This document shows, piece by piece, positions 39,363 through 49,008 of a stretch of DNA of 64,000 bases. The stretch lies in the NCBI GenBank assembly GCA_050250895.1, contig JBFWNU010000006.1, positions 151,513-215,512 on the forward strand, written 5' to 3'. Origin of the DNA: Vulcanimicrobiota bacterium (lineage in GTDB: Bacteria > Vulcanimicrobiota > Xenobia > Xenobiales > JADMJV01). The first letter of the stretch is position 1; every line of letters begins with the position of its first letter. The notes under the pieces are model-generated. The model ran no database searches and was not told where the DNA came from. It saw nothing but the letters and a program-made list of their open reading frames with translations. The position numbers and the translations under genes are program-made.

Positions 39363-40512
39363 GGAGTTGGCGCGCGTAAGGGAGCATCGCGACGCCCTGG
39401 TGCGTCTCATTGATGCTTCGCCGGTGGCCATCCTGACCCTGGATACGCAGGGCAACGTGCGCAGCTGGAACCCGGCCGCCACTCGCATCTTCGGCTGGGA
39501 AAAGGACGAAGTGCTGGGAAAGCGCGCTCCCTTCGTGCCCGAAGACCGGGCTGCCGAGCACCAGGCCCACCACTCTACCCAGGTGGCCAGTGGCGCGCCG
39601 TTGCAAGAGCTCGAAGTGCGGCGGGCGCGCAAAGACGGACGCCTCATCGATGTCAGCGTGACCACCAGCCTGCTGCGCGACGCCAACGGTCAGGTGGTCG
39701 ACCTGATCGGCATCATCGCTGATATCACCCAGCGCAAGGAGGCCGAGAGGGCACTTTACGAGCTCAACGCGACCCTCGAGCAGAAAGTCGAGGAGCGCAC
39801 CCTCGAGCTGCGCGAGGCCATGGCCGACCTGGAATCGTTTTCCTATTCTGTCTCGCATGACTTGCGTTCACCCCTGCGAGCCCTGGATGGCTTCGCCCGG
39901 GCTTTGCAAGAGGATTATGAGGACAAGCTCGATGAGGATGGGTTGCATTATTTGAGTGTGATTGTGCGCAACGCGGCTCGCATGGGTACCCTGATCGATG
40001 ACCTGCTCGAGTTCTCGCGCACCTCGCGCCAGGAAATTCAGCGCTCCGAGGTGGACGTTAAAGCCCTGGTTCGCGAGATTTTCGACGACCTGCGTGAGCA
40101 GAACCGGCAAGAGGCCGAACTGGTGCTGGCCGAGTTGCCGCCCGCCAGGGTCGACCCTTCGCTTTTTCGTCAGGTCCTGATCAACCTCATCTCCAACGCC
40201 CTCAAATACAGCAGCAAGACCGACCTGCCCCGGGTAGAAGTCGGGTCCAAAGAAGAACCCGACCGCATTGTCTACCATGTGGCCGACAATGGGGTCGGGT
40301 TTGATCTCAAGTTCGCCGATAAGCTCTTCGGCGTCTTTCAGCGTCTGCACCGGGCCGACGAGTTCGAAGGCACCGGGGTCGGCCTGGCCATCGTAGCCCG
40401 GATCATCAAGCGCCACGGAGGCGAGATCTGGGCCGACGCCGAGCCCGGGCGCGGCGCGACCTTTTTCTTCTCGCTGCCGAGCGAGCCAGCAGCCAGCTCG
40501 AACCCAGCATAG
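39334..40512 (+). CDS. Soluble PAS-domain sensor histidine kinase
   Basis: PAS (WNPAATRIFGW), FSYSVSHDLRSPL, NLISNALKY, DNGVG, GTGVGL. Confidence 0.93.
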   Translation: MGEELERLREELARVREHRDALVRLIDASPVAILTLDTQGNVRSWNPAATRIFGWEKDEVLGKRAPFVPEDRAAEHQAHHSTQVASGAPLQELEVRRARKDGRLIDVSVTTSLLRDANGQVVDLIGIIADITQRKEAERALYELNATLEQKVEERTLELREAMADLESFSYSVSHDLRSPLRALDGFARALQEDYEDKLDEDGLHYLSVIVRNAARMGTLIDDLLEFSRTSRQEIQRSEVDVKALVREIFDDLREQNRQEAELVLAELPPARVDPSLFRQVLINLISNALKYSSKTDLPRVEVGSKEEPDRIVYHVADNGVGFDLKFADKLFGVFQRLHRADEFEGTGVGLAIVARIIKRHGGEIWADAEPGRGATFFFSLPSEPAASSNPA

Positions 40513-41650
40513 CCAGTCCGAACAGGCCGAATGACGGTCCCGCGCCCAGGTGGTCGATGAACATCGGGGTCGACATCGAGCCGCCAAAGGCGGCCAGACA
40601 GGTGATCAAGTTCCAGGCTGCCTGCACTCGACCCATGGCTTCAGGGGGAGTGTTGGCCACCAGTCGTTGCTCGAGCTTGACCACCAGTACCCCCACCGCC
40701 CAGCCTCGCAACATCCACAGAGGCACCAGTTGCCAGAATTCGGTGGCCACGGCCGCGCCCAGGTACGAGACGGCCATGGCCGTCGATAACCAGGCCAGGG
40801 CGCCTTGATGGTGACCAAACCTCCAGGCCAGCCGCGTACCAATCGCTCCCGCCAGGCCGTTGGCGGCCATCAACCAGCCATTGTAGCGGGCCGGAACCCC
40901 TACCTGCTACTCGAGTAGGGCCAGCATGGTGGCAAAGCCGGCCATCGACAGAAAGGTCAGCATGAAGTCCATCACCGCCAGGCTGCGCAACTCGGTCGAG
41001 CCCAGCACCCGCTGCCAGCCCAGCCGCCAGTCCGGGCCCTGCAAGCCCTGCAGTCCTGGCCCCGGCCTGACCCAGGCCGGGGCCAGGATGATCAATACGA
41101 TGCCATAGGCCAGCAGATCGCAGACCAAAGCATGGCCCGGTGAGATGAAGGCCAACAAGACCCCCATCAACGCGGGCACGAACATCCGGATCAGGAAAGC
41201 CGCGGTGCCGGCGGCCGCCACCGCGGCCGTTAGTTCTGCCCCCTCCAGCAAGCGTCTGGTGAAGGCCGCCCGGGCCGGAGTAAAGAAGGCTCCGGCTACT
41301 CCGAGCAGCAGGGACAGTCCGAGAAATTGAGCCAGGCTGCCCTGGTGGGAACCTACCCACAGCAGAGCCACCAGGACCGCTTGCCTGGCCAGGGCGCAAG
41401 CCCGCAACTGGCGCTCGGGCGCGCCCCGGTCGGCCAGGCTGCCGGCCAGGGGGCTCAAGAGCCCGACCGCCAGGATCTCGCCGGCCATGGCCGCTCCCGC
41501 GTGGGCGACCTCTCCGGTTTGTTCATAGACGAACAGCGGAAAGGCAACCCACAGCGAAACCTCGCCGGCCTGAGCCAGGCAATCGGCCCAGAAGACGCGG
41601 GCAAAGATCGGGTTGTTACGCAACAAATGACAAAAGGAAATCTCGCTCAT
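40406..41650 (-). pseudogene. DHA3/MefA-like MFS transporter interrupted by one in-frame TAG (40907-40909)
   Basis: ATG 41650 with GAGGTG SD. Reads ...ALLE*QVGVPARYNGWL..., and both halves are in the same frame. GSLADRG and MGRVQA are MFS motifs. Confidence 0.8.
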
Positions 41651-41667
41651 GACACACCTCAAGCGAT

Positions 41668-41700
41668 AAAAAGACGGGGGGGCGGTCGCCCAGGCGACCG
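41668..41700 (-). terminator. Attenuator-like hairpin between the leader peptide and the MFS start
   Basis: CGGTCGCC-TG-GGCGACCG stem followed by CCCCCCGTC-TTTTT on the minus strand. The U-tract is offset from the stem. Confidence 0.45.
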
Positions 41701-41713
41701 GGACGGTGTGGGG

Positions 41714-41779
41714 CTACAAACTAACGCGAAGTCGCTGCGGCCCGGGAGTCATCGTTGGGAAAGCTTTGTAATCAGACAT
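41714..41779 (-). CDS. Putative leader peptide MSDYKAFPTMTPGPQRLRVSL (21 aa)
   Basis: GAGGAG SD 7 nt before ATG 41779, TAG at 41714-41716. Lies between the promoter and the MFS gene. Confidence 0.65.
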   Translation of the reverse strand: MSDYKAFPTMTPGPQRLRVSL

Positions 41780-41856
41780 TCTATGACTCCTCTCGAGCGA
41801 GGGCCCGCCGCCAGCCACGATTGGGCCTGGTGAGCGGACGCCCTGTTGGTCTCAAG

Positions 41857-41885
41857 ATGATATTATACCAACCAATATTTGTCAA
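41857..41885 (-). promoter_or_regulatory. Sigma70 promoter for the leader peptide and MFS gene
   Basis: TTGACA-N17-TATCAT (with an overlapping TATAAT) in an AT-rich patch. Confidence 0.8.
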
Positions 41886-41992
41886 GGCTGTGGACAACCT
41901 GGGGAAAAGTCTAAGAACTTTGACAAAGGTTGGACGTTTGTCCTATAGGAAAGGCGAACCCTGGACACGCCTGGATCATTCGAAAGCCCCGA

Positions 41993-43741
41993 CTAAGGCC
42001 GGCTGTCGCAGTGCTCGAGCAGGGCTTCGAACTCGGTGCTTTCCAGTACCTCGCGGCGCAGGAGTTCACCACTGATGCGCTCGAGGGCCTCGCGCCGACT
42101 CTCGAGGATGGCGGTCGCCTCGGCGTGAATGGTCTCGAGCAGGCGTCGGGCCTCTTCATCGACCCGGGCCAGGGAGGCAGCACTGGCGGGGGTATCCTGC
42201 CCGGTGTGGAGCAGGCCGGTCTCACCGCCCATGCCAAAGTGGGCAGCCATCCGGCGCGCGATTTGCGAGCAGCGCTCGAGATCGTTTTCGGCCCCGGTCG
42301 AGATTTCGTCAAAGATCAGCCGCTCGGCGGCCATGCCGCCAAGCAGCACGCGGATGCGATCGCGCAGCTCGGTTTCGGTCATGAGATAGGAGTCGTTGCT
42401 GGGCAGTTGCAGGGTATAGCCCAGGGCGGCCTTGCCGCGGGGAACGATGCTGATCTTGTGGACCGGGTCGGCGGTGGGGCTAAAGTGAGCTACCAGGGCG
42501 TGGCCTACCTCGTGATAGGCCACCCGACGCTTGAGTTGTTTGTCCAGGACGCGGCTGGTGCGTATCGGGCCGGCCAGAATCTTTTCCATGGCTTCGGCCA
42601 GGTGGGCCTGGCTGATGCAGCCGGCCTCTTCCGAGGTGGCGATGAGAGCCGCCTCGTTGAGCAGGTTGGCCAGGTCGGCCCCGCTCATGCCGGCGCTCGA
42701 ACGGGCAAGCTTTTCGAGCGAGACTCCACTACAGAGCTTCTTGGAGCGGGCATGGACACCGAGAATGGCCAGGCGGCCTTCGCGGTCGGGGGCGTCGACC
42801 ACGATCTGATGGTCGAAGCGGCCGGGGCGCAGCAGGGCCGGGTCGATGACTTCGGGTCGGTTGGTAGCTCCGATCAGCAAGACTCGAGACTGTTCGTCGA
42901 AACCATCGAGTTCGACCAGCAACTGGTTGAGGGTCTGCTCGCGTTCGTCGTGGGATTGATCTTGATGGCCCCGTTTCTTCCCGAGAGCATCCAGTTCGTC
43001 GATGAAGACGATGCTGGGAGCATTCTTGCGGGCTTCGGCAAACAGGCTGCGCACGCGGGCCGCGCCAACGCCCACATACATCTCGACAAAGTCGCTACCA
43101 GAAAGGGAGTAGAAGTTGACCCCCGCTTCCGCGGCCAGGGCCCGGGCCAGCAGGGTCTTGCCCGTGCCAGGCGGGCCGGTTAGCAGAAGGCCACGAGGCA
43201 GGGTGGCGCCCATGGCGTGATAGCGCTCGGGGTGGGTGAGAAAGTGGACCACTCGCTCCATCTCGCGCTTGGCTTCGTCGCAACCGGCCACATCCTCGAA
43301 TCCTACCCCCGGGCGCTGGGCGACCAGCAGCTTCTGACCCCGACCGCCAAACTTGTTGAGGGTCGAGCCAGATTGGCGATAGAAGAGATAGCCGGCAGCA
43401 GCCAGGGCCAGCATCGGATACAACATTCCATACACGACCCCTCGCCAGGCGGGCACGGCGGTGTAGCCGACTCCGGCCTGATGCAGGGCATCCACCAGAC
43501 CCGGGTCATCGAGTCTGGTGGCGCGGAAGGCGACGCCTGAGGCCAGGGTGCCCTCCAATGAATCGGGGCCTACTGTCACCGCCTCGACTTCTCCCCGCGA
43601 CACGGCGCCGCGAAATTCGCTGTAAGGTAAAACCCTACGCTGAAATCGCAGCCCCAAGTCGCCGAGGACGAAGAGTGTGGCGATGACCAGCAGGCCCGTG
43701 AGAGACAGCTCTAGCTGTCGCTTTTTGCGAGTAGCTTGCAA
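41993..43741 (-). CDS. ftsH: FtsH-like ATP-dependent zinc metalloprotease
   Basis: Two TM helices, [34 protein letters not shown]. Confidence 0.92.
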   Translation of the reverse strand: MQATRKKRQLELSLTGLLVIATLFVLGDLGLRFQRRVLPYSEFRGAVSRGEVEAVTVGPDSLEGTLASGVAFRATRLDDPGLVDALHQAGVGYTAVPAWRGVVYGMLYPMLALAAAGYLFYRQSGSTLNKFGGRGQKLLVAQRPGVGFEDVAGCDEAKREMERVVHFLTHPERYHAMGATLPRGLLLTGPPGTGKTLLARALAAEAGVNFYSLSGSDFVEMYVGVGAARVRSLFAEARKNAPSIVFIDELDALGKKRGHQDQSHDEREQTLNQLLVELDGFDEQSRVLLIGATNRPEVIDPALLRPGRFDHQIVVDAPDREGRLAILGVHARSKKLCSGVSLEKLARSSAGMSGADLANLLNEAALIATSEEAGCISQAHLAEAMEKILAGPIRTSRVLDKQLKRRVAYHEVGHALVAHFSPTADPVHKISIVPRGKAALGYTLQLPSNDSYLMTETELRDRIRVLLGGMAAERLIFDEISTGAENDLERCSQIARRMAAHFGMGGETGLLHTGQDTPASAASLARVDEEARRLLETIHAEATAILESRREALERISGELLRREVLESTEFEALLEHCDSRP

Positions 43742-43757
43742 AGCGCTGTCTCAAGCT

Positions 43758-43925
43758 CTAGACTCGGCCGCGAAATCCGTTGGTGATCAGCGCGACGATG
43801 AGCAGCACCACGGCGACCAGGAAGATGAACTTACCGATTCCGGCGGCGGCTCCGGCGATTCCACCGAATCCGAACAGGGCGGCGATGAGGGCGATGATAA
43901 AGAATGTAAGAGCCCATTGTAACAT
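43758..43925 (-). CDS. DUF1328 small membrane protein, copy A
   Basis: [35 protein letters not shown]; AGGAGG SD. Confidence 0.92.
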   Translation of the reverse strand: MLQWALTFFIIALIAALFGFGGIAGAAAGIGKFIFLVAVVLLIVALITNGFRGRV

Positions 43926-44044
43926 TGTATGATTCCTCCTTGGGAAGTTGTTTGCTGATTTCATTTTCTCGCGAGTGCGACGGGAGAACAGCCTTCGTGG
44001 GCATAGTTTGGGCCCTATCCGAATGGACCGTCCGGCACCAAAGC

Positions 44045-44071
44045 AAAAGCCCCGGGGGTTGACCCGGGGCT
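44045..44071 (-). terminator. Intrinsic terminator after DUF1328 copy B
   Basis: AGCCCCGGG/CCCGGGGCT stem followed by a T run on the minus strand. Confidence 0.8.
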
Positions 44072-44096
44072 CTGTGCGGGGTTGGAGGTAGCTAAG

Positions 44097-44264
44097 CTAG
44101 ACCCTGGTCCGGAATCCGCCGGCCACCAACGAGACAATCAAGAGAACGACGGCTACCAGGAATATGAACTTACCGATTCCTGCAGCGGCACCGGCGATTC
44201 CACCGAAGCCGAAGAGCGCGGCGATCAGGGCGATGATAAAGAAGGTCAGGGCCCATTGTAACAT
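44097..44264 (-). CDS. DUF1328 small membrane protein, copy B (not in the ORF track)
   Basis: 55 aa: [55 protein letters not shown]; AGGAGG SD. Confidence 0.92.
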   Translation of the reverse strand: MLQWALTFFIIALIAALFGFGGIAGAAAGIGKFIFLVAVVLLIVSLVAGGFRTRV

Positions 44265-44443
44265 TGTGAGTTCCTCCTAAGGAATTTGATTTCTGCCCTC
44301 ATCATGCCGCATCTCGATCGGTCGAACAGTCTCTGCTGGCATACTTTGGCCCCTATCCGATAAGGCTGATAGGGTCGAGGGATGGGTGGGGCGCACCCTT
44401 TGGGGAGGGAGCCAGGTCTGATGCTGGCCAGTATCATAGACCC

Positions 44444-45427
44444 ATGACCGTAGGATTTACGCGGGCCCGCTGGGGACGGGGCTTCACTTATCGCACCACT
44501 CAGGGTGAAACCGTGACCGACATCGAAACTCGGGCCTGGCTCAAAAGCCTGGCCATCCCACCGGCCTGGGAAGAGGTCGAGATCGCGGCCGACCCCGACT
44601 CTGAAGTATTGGCCACGGGACGAGATTCTGCCGGCCGCAAGCAATACATCTATCACCCCGACTTTCGCGCCCGCCAGGAAGAAGAGAAGTTTGCGCGGAT
44701 CGTCGGGTTTGCCGAGCGACTCGAGACCATGCGGCGAGTCACTGGCCAGCACCTCCGGCGCGAAGCCGGAGACCGCAAATTGGCTCTAGCTTGCATGGTG
44801 CGGCTGCTGGACCTGGCCTATTTTCGGCCAGGCAATTCCCACTACGAAAAGGAGAATCACAGCTATGGCCTGACCACCATGCGCAGCCGCCACCTCACCA
44901 TCGAGGAGGACGAACTGATCTTCCATTATCAGGGCAAGGGCGGCCGTGAACAGGAGCGTCACGTGGTCGACGCCCGTCTGGCGCGGGTGGTGGCCGAGCT
45001 TGACGCCATTCCCGGCTATCGCATCTTCAAGTATTTCGATGAGGATGGTCAAAAGGTCACCGTCGAGAGCCAGGATCTCAACGCCTATATCAAGGAGGTG
45101 ATGGGGGAGGAATACAGCGCCAAGGACTTTCGCACCTGGGCTGGCACCTTGTTGGCGGCCGTGGCCCTCGACGAAATGGGCCTGGCCGACGACGAAAACC
45201 AGGCTCAGGCTCGCATCCGCCAGGCCGTCGACCAGGTCGCTCAAAGGTTGGGCAACACTCCGGCCGTGGCTCGCAGCAGCTATATCGACCCACGGGTGAT
45301 CGTGAGCTACCTCGATGGCCGCACCGCCAGTTACTTTGTCGAGCAGATCGAACAGGAACTCGAACGTCCAGAGGAGTTGTCGGTGGAGGAAATCGGCGTG
45401 TTAGCGCTTTTGAAAGCGACGCTCTAG
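44444..45427 (+). CDS. Bacterial DNA topoisomerase IB
   Basis: IPPAW, GRKQYIYH, FRPG, GKGG, AKDFRTW, LGNTPAVARSSYIDP. Confidence 0.92.
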   Translation: MTVGFTRARWGRGFTYRTTQGETVTDIETRAWLKSLAIPPAWEEVEIAADPDSEVLATGRDSAGRKQYIYHPDFRARQEEEKFARIVGFAERLETMRRVTGQHLRREAGDRKLALACMVRLLDLAYFRPGNSHYEKENHSYGLTTMRSRHLTIEEDELIFHYQGKGGREQERHVVDARLARVVAELDAIPGYRIFKYFDEDGQKVTVESQDLNAYIKEVMGEEYSAKDFRTWAGTLLAAVALDEMGLADDENQAQARIRQAVDQVAQRLGNTPAVARSSYIDPRVIVSYLDGRTASYFVEQIEQELERPEELSVEEIGVLALLKATL

Positions 45428-46185
45428 TACATCGGGTAGCCGCTGGTGCTGATGGGCATTCCGTTGGCGCCGGTGAGAGCGCCGGGCGGCGGTGGCATGC
45501 CGTTGGGTCCCATCGGCATACCGCCGGGTCCCATCGGCCCGACGCCGTTGAAGTTGCCCATATTGTAAGGGAAACCCTGATAATTCATGCTGTTGTAGCC
45601 GTTGTATGCCCCGTAAGTGCCGTAATTGCCGTAGTTGGTGTAGCCACCGTAGCCACCATACTGGTTGCCGATGCCACAGGCGCGGGCCAGAGAGACGCGG
45701 CTATCCCAGGCCTCTCGTGACTTGCGGCTCTGGTCGGCCTGCATCTGCGAGACATCTTGCCGAGTCTGGCTCGAAAGGCTATGCAGCTGCTGCTCGGTTT
45801 CGGTGCCGCTGCGCTGCATTTCGTGATAAATCCTGACCAGTTCCTGGTATTCGGGGCCGTTGGGGTCGGCCTTCTCGATGAGACCCGCGACCACCGCCAT
45901 CGGATCCTGACCGTGGGTTGCATCGACCATCATCGGGCCATTCATGCCCGGTTGGGCGGGCGGGGTAGGCGTGGGAGCCTTGGCCTTTTCAGGAGTGCCA
46001 AAGAAGAGTTCTTCTTCAGGCGCAGCCTGAACCGGGGCCGGCTGGGCATTGATGGTGGCGTGATCTTGCGGAGCCGGCTGGGCGGGTTGGGCCGCTGGAG
46101 CCTCGGCCTTGGGACCGGTCTTGGGGGTCACAAAGGTTGCCCCCATTAACTCGCGTCCTGCTCTTAGGCTGGTGACTTCACGCAC
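45424..46185 (-). CDS. Hypothetical protein with a P/A/Q-rich N-terminus, helical core and Y/G/N/M/P prion-like C-terminus
   Basis: GNQYGGYGGYTNYGNYGTYGAYNGYNSMNY...GPMGPGGMPMGPNGMPPPPG. The start is uncertain (46185 or 46146). Confidence 0.7.
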   Translation of the reverse strand: MREVTSLRAGRELMGATFVTPKTGPKAEAPAAQPAQPAPQDHATINAQPAPVQAAPEEELFFGTPEKAKAPTPTPPAQPGMNGPMMVDATHGQDPMAVVAGLIEKADPNGPEYQELVRIYHEMQRSGTETEQQLHSLSSQTRQDVSQMQADQSRKSREAWDSRVSLARACGIGNQYGGYGGYTNYGNYGTYGAYNGYNSMNYQGFPYNMGNFNGVGPMGPGGMPMGPNGMPPPPGALTGANGMPISTSGYPMY

Positions 46186-46209
46186 AATGTTACCTTCAAC
46201 GCTTCCTGG

Positions 46210-47442
46210 CTAGTAGCCTTCTACAATGATGGTTTTGGTCGGATGCTGATGAATCGCATCGCCAGCCACCACCGAAGTTTCTTGTCCGAAATGCTGGTGG
46301 GTGTGGTAGCTACGGTTGTCGACAATCACCACCCGCGGAGGCTCGGGCTCCTTTTTCTCTTCCTTCTTTTCCTCTTTCGGCAACTCGGCCTGGCTCTGCA
46401 TGTAGTAGAAGGTCTCGAGCTCTTCAGCCGACTGGATCGTCGAGGCTTTGCCGTTGTCGACGTACCACGACAAACGCTTGAGGATTGGAACGTCAAATCC
46501 CCAGGCCTTGGATTCTTGAAAGTGGACCGGTTGACCATCGAGCACGCGCTCGAGCGCCTCGACCGCGTTGATGCCCTTGCCCTTCGAGGCTGTCCGGACG
46601 GCGTCGTAAGCCCCACCGACTCCACTGATGACGGCGCCCGCGGCGGCGAAACCTCCCAGCACTTCCCAGCTGCGGGCCAACCAGGCAAAGACGCCACCCA
46701 TAGCGGCTCCGGCTACGGCTCCCAGAGCGATGGCGTAGGGGGTCTTCTTGAACACTTCGCGAGTGACTCGCCAGGCGACGTTAGACTTGTCGTCGACATA
46801 GAATCGCCAGGGCCGGGTGCTGTTGGCCGTTCCCTGGGTGAAGAAGGCGATCCGGTGGGCGGATTTGGCGATGTCGCTGTTGCCTTTGATCTTCTCGTCG
46901 GGGTTGTACATCTGGAAAAGAAGCTTGAGTTCGGCCACATTCTGGACCACCACGGGCTCTCCGAACCGGACTTCAAAGCCCTGAGTGCCGCCGGATACCT
47001 GGGCATTCTTGCTGAAGGTAGCCACCTTGCTGATGGATTCGTTGCCGACCAGCGAGCCGGCGGTGGCCAGACCGGTCAAGCTGCCGGTGCTGAGGTCGAA
47101 CTGCATGTTGCGCATCGGCTGGAGCATGATGGGCGTGCCCTGCTGCAACGCGCTCAGAGCCTCCATTTCACCGATCTCCGAGCCCCGTTTGAACTGGCCG
47201 TTCGACGAGGGGACGGCCGCGTGGACCCGCCAGGGAAAGCCTGCATTTTCGAGGGTCTGGGTGAAATAGCCCAGCATCTGGGCCGACTCGAGGCGCTGGA
47301 TGTTCTTGTAGTCGTCGCCTTGAAGGTGGATGTCGATGCGGTCGTGGCCCCCGGGCAGCACTCCCAGAAGGTTTTCGAGCGGGCGCGAAGCAGGCGCAAC
47401 CGCCGGCGTGTTGGTCCTTATGTGGGGATTTCCGATTCGCAT
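46210..47442 (-). CDS. Hypothetical membrane protein with an internally duplicated domain
   Basis: PWRVH..EMEALSALQQGTPIMLQ..VQNVAEL versus PWRFY..AVEALERVLDGQPVHFQ..IQSAEEL; Gly/Ala-rich TM hairpin. Confidence 0.75.
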   Translation of the reverse strand: MRIGNPHIRTNTPAVAPASRPLENLLGVLPGGHDRIDIHLQGDDYKNIQRLESAQMLGYFTQTLENAGFPWRVHAAVPSSNGQFKRGSEIGEMEALSALQQGTPIMLQPMRNMQFDLSTGSLTGLATAGSLVGNESISKVATFSKNAQVSGGTQGFEVRFGEPVVVQNVAELKLLFQMYNPDEKIKGNSDIAKSAHRIAFFTQGTANSTRPWRFYVDDKSNVAWRVTREVFKKTPYAIALGAVAGAAMGGVFAWLARSWEVLGGFAAAGAVISGVGGAYDAVRTASKGKGINAVEALERVLDGQPVHFQESKAWGFDVPILKRLSWYVDNGKASTIQSAEELETFYYMQSQAELPKEEKKEEKKEPEPPRVVIVDNRSYHTHQHFGQETSVVAGDAIHQHPTKTIIVEGY

Positions 47443-47493
47443 GATCTGGCCTCGGTCCTCAGCATAGGCCGAGAAGCTGAAAAAAATGTGAAA

Positions 47494-48120
47494 TTACTCG
47501 AGAAAAGGCTGATGGCCAAAGCGATCGAGATGAAAGCTGTGGCCCGCCGGTTGACGCCGGTTGGTCCCGAACTCTCGGGCCGGCCATCCCAGTGGGACGA
47601 GGGCGCATGGCACCACCCCCCAGGGCAGCTCGAGCAGTCGTGACAGAGCCCAGCTGTTCCAGAGCGGGATGGTGATGAGGGTCGTGCCCAGGCCGGCTGC
47701 GCGCGCGGCCAGCAAGAAGTTTTGCACGGCCGGGAAGATCGAGGCAAAGAAGCTAGCCGAATACAGCAGCGGCCCGGGCAGATACCACCCCCGCTGGCAG
47801 GCCACCATCACTACGGGAATCTCTTTGAAGTGTTCGGCCTGGTGCAAGAAGCTGCGGGCCATCGGGCTGCTCTGGTCGCGGTTGAGCCAGCGATAGAGGC
47901 AGGCTCCCCGACGATTGAGGGTGGCCAACCTGGCCAGCTTGGAACGGTCTTTGAGGAAGACGAAGTGCCAGTTCTGCGCGTTGCGGCCGCTGGGAGCCCG
48001 GATGGCCAGGTCGACCAGTTGCAGCAGCAGTTCGTCATCGACCGGGTCGGGTTGCAGGTAGCGCATGGCCCGCTGAGAGCGCATGGCCTCGTCTAGCGGC
48101 ATCGAGAACGGATTTTCCAT
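47494..48120 (-). CDS. Nitroreductase family protein
   Basis: RAMR, APSGRNAQNWHF, QNFLLAARAAGLG, LGWP. Confidence 0.9.
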   Translation of the reverse strand: MENPFSMPLDEAMRSQRAMRYLQPDPVDDELLLQLVDLAIRAPSGRNAQNWHFVFLKDRSKLARLATLNRRGACLYRWLNRDQSSPMARSFLHQAEHFKEIPVVMVACQRGWYLPGPLLYSASFFASIFPAVQNFLLAARAAGLGTTLITIPLWNSWALSRLLELPWGVVPCALVPLGWPAREFGTNRRQPAGHSFHLDRFGHQPFLE

Positions 48121-48173
48121 GATTGGCCCTTCGACGTGGCAGGGCTTTGCCCGCCCCGGAGAAAGGGCCCGTT

Positions 48174-48938
48174 ATGCTTTTTGTCCTGCGCCAGTTCGTC
48201 AAGGCGTTGCTGGTGCCACCCGGCACGTTCTTCGTGTTGGCCGGCCTGGGTGTTCTGCTGTTGAAGAAGCGACCGGTTTGGGGAAAGGCCTTTTTGGCGG
48301 GGCTGGCCCTGCTGATCTACTTCTGTTCTACGTTCTCGGGTAGCGTTCTCCTGACGCGTCTGGCCGCCAGCGAGCCCTACCTCGTCCCGGCTCAAGCCGC
48401 CAGCGTGCCGGCACAAGCCATCGTCGTGTTGGGCGGTGGGCGCTCTCACTTTCACGGAGAATTTCCGGACTCGGTGCAGCCTGCCGCTGCGAGCATGGCC
48501 AGAGTCAGTTATGCCGCCTATTTGCGCGAGCTAACCGGGCTACCGGTGCTGGTTTCGGGCGGCGGCGATCCGGCCCTCGAGTACACCGAGGCCTACGGTA
48601 TGGCTCGCCTGTTGCATCGCCTGGGCGTGGACGAAGTGTGGCTGGAAACCGCCTCGACCAACACCTGGGACAACGCAGAGCAGACGGCCAGAATTCTGCT
48701 TCCGCGCGGAATTCGCCGGCTGTTGGTGGTGACCGACCCGGTTCACGCAGGCAGAGCCCGCCGATGTTTCGAGTCGCACGGGTTCGAGGTCACCATGGCC
48801 CCGACCGGCGAAACCGAAGCTCCCGTCTTCGGTCTGGGCCTGGTATCGCTCAAGCCTGACTCGGGCTGTCTATTGGAGTCGACGCGCGCCTGGACGGCCA
48901 TCCAGGCCAATCTCGTCTATGGGTTGTTATACTACTGA
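48174..48938 (+). CDS. YdcF/DUF218 family membrane protein
   Basis: AIVVLGGG, LVSGG, ETASTNTWDNA, LVVTDPVH. Confidence 0.88.
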   Translation: MLFVLRQFVKALLVPPGTFFVLAGLGVLLLKKRPVWGKAFLAGLALLIYFCSTFSGSVLLTRLAASEPYLVPAQAASVPAQAIVVLGGGRSHFHGEFPDSVQPAAASMARVSYAAYLRELTGLPVLVSGGGDPALEYTEAYGMARLLHRLGVDEVWLETASTNTWDNAEQTARILLPRGIRRLLVVTDPVHAGRARRCFESHGFEVTMAPTGETEAPVFGLGLVSLKPDSGCLLESTRAWTAIQANLVYGLLYY

Positions 48939-48952
48939 TGGTTGGGCTAGAC

Positions 48953-48981
48953 TTGCACGTTGCCAAGATATGAGCTAGTAT
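48953..48981 (+). promoter_or_regulatory. Sigma70 promoter of infA
   Basis: TTGCAC-N17-TAGTAT, then an AGGAGG SD. Confidence 0.6.
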
Positions 48982-49008
48982 AGGCCGTCAAAAAAAGGAG
49001 GTGAGATT

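Noticed and set aside
40907-40909. Genome-wide amber recoding (pyrrolysine or alternative code)
   Set aside because: TAG is the normal stop of many conserved genes here (for example DUF1015, sucC, sucD), and no pyl genes are in the window.
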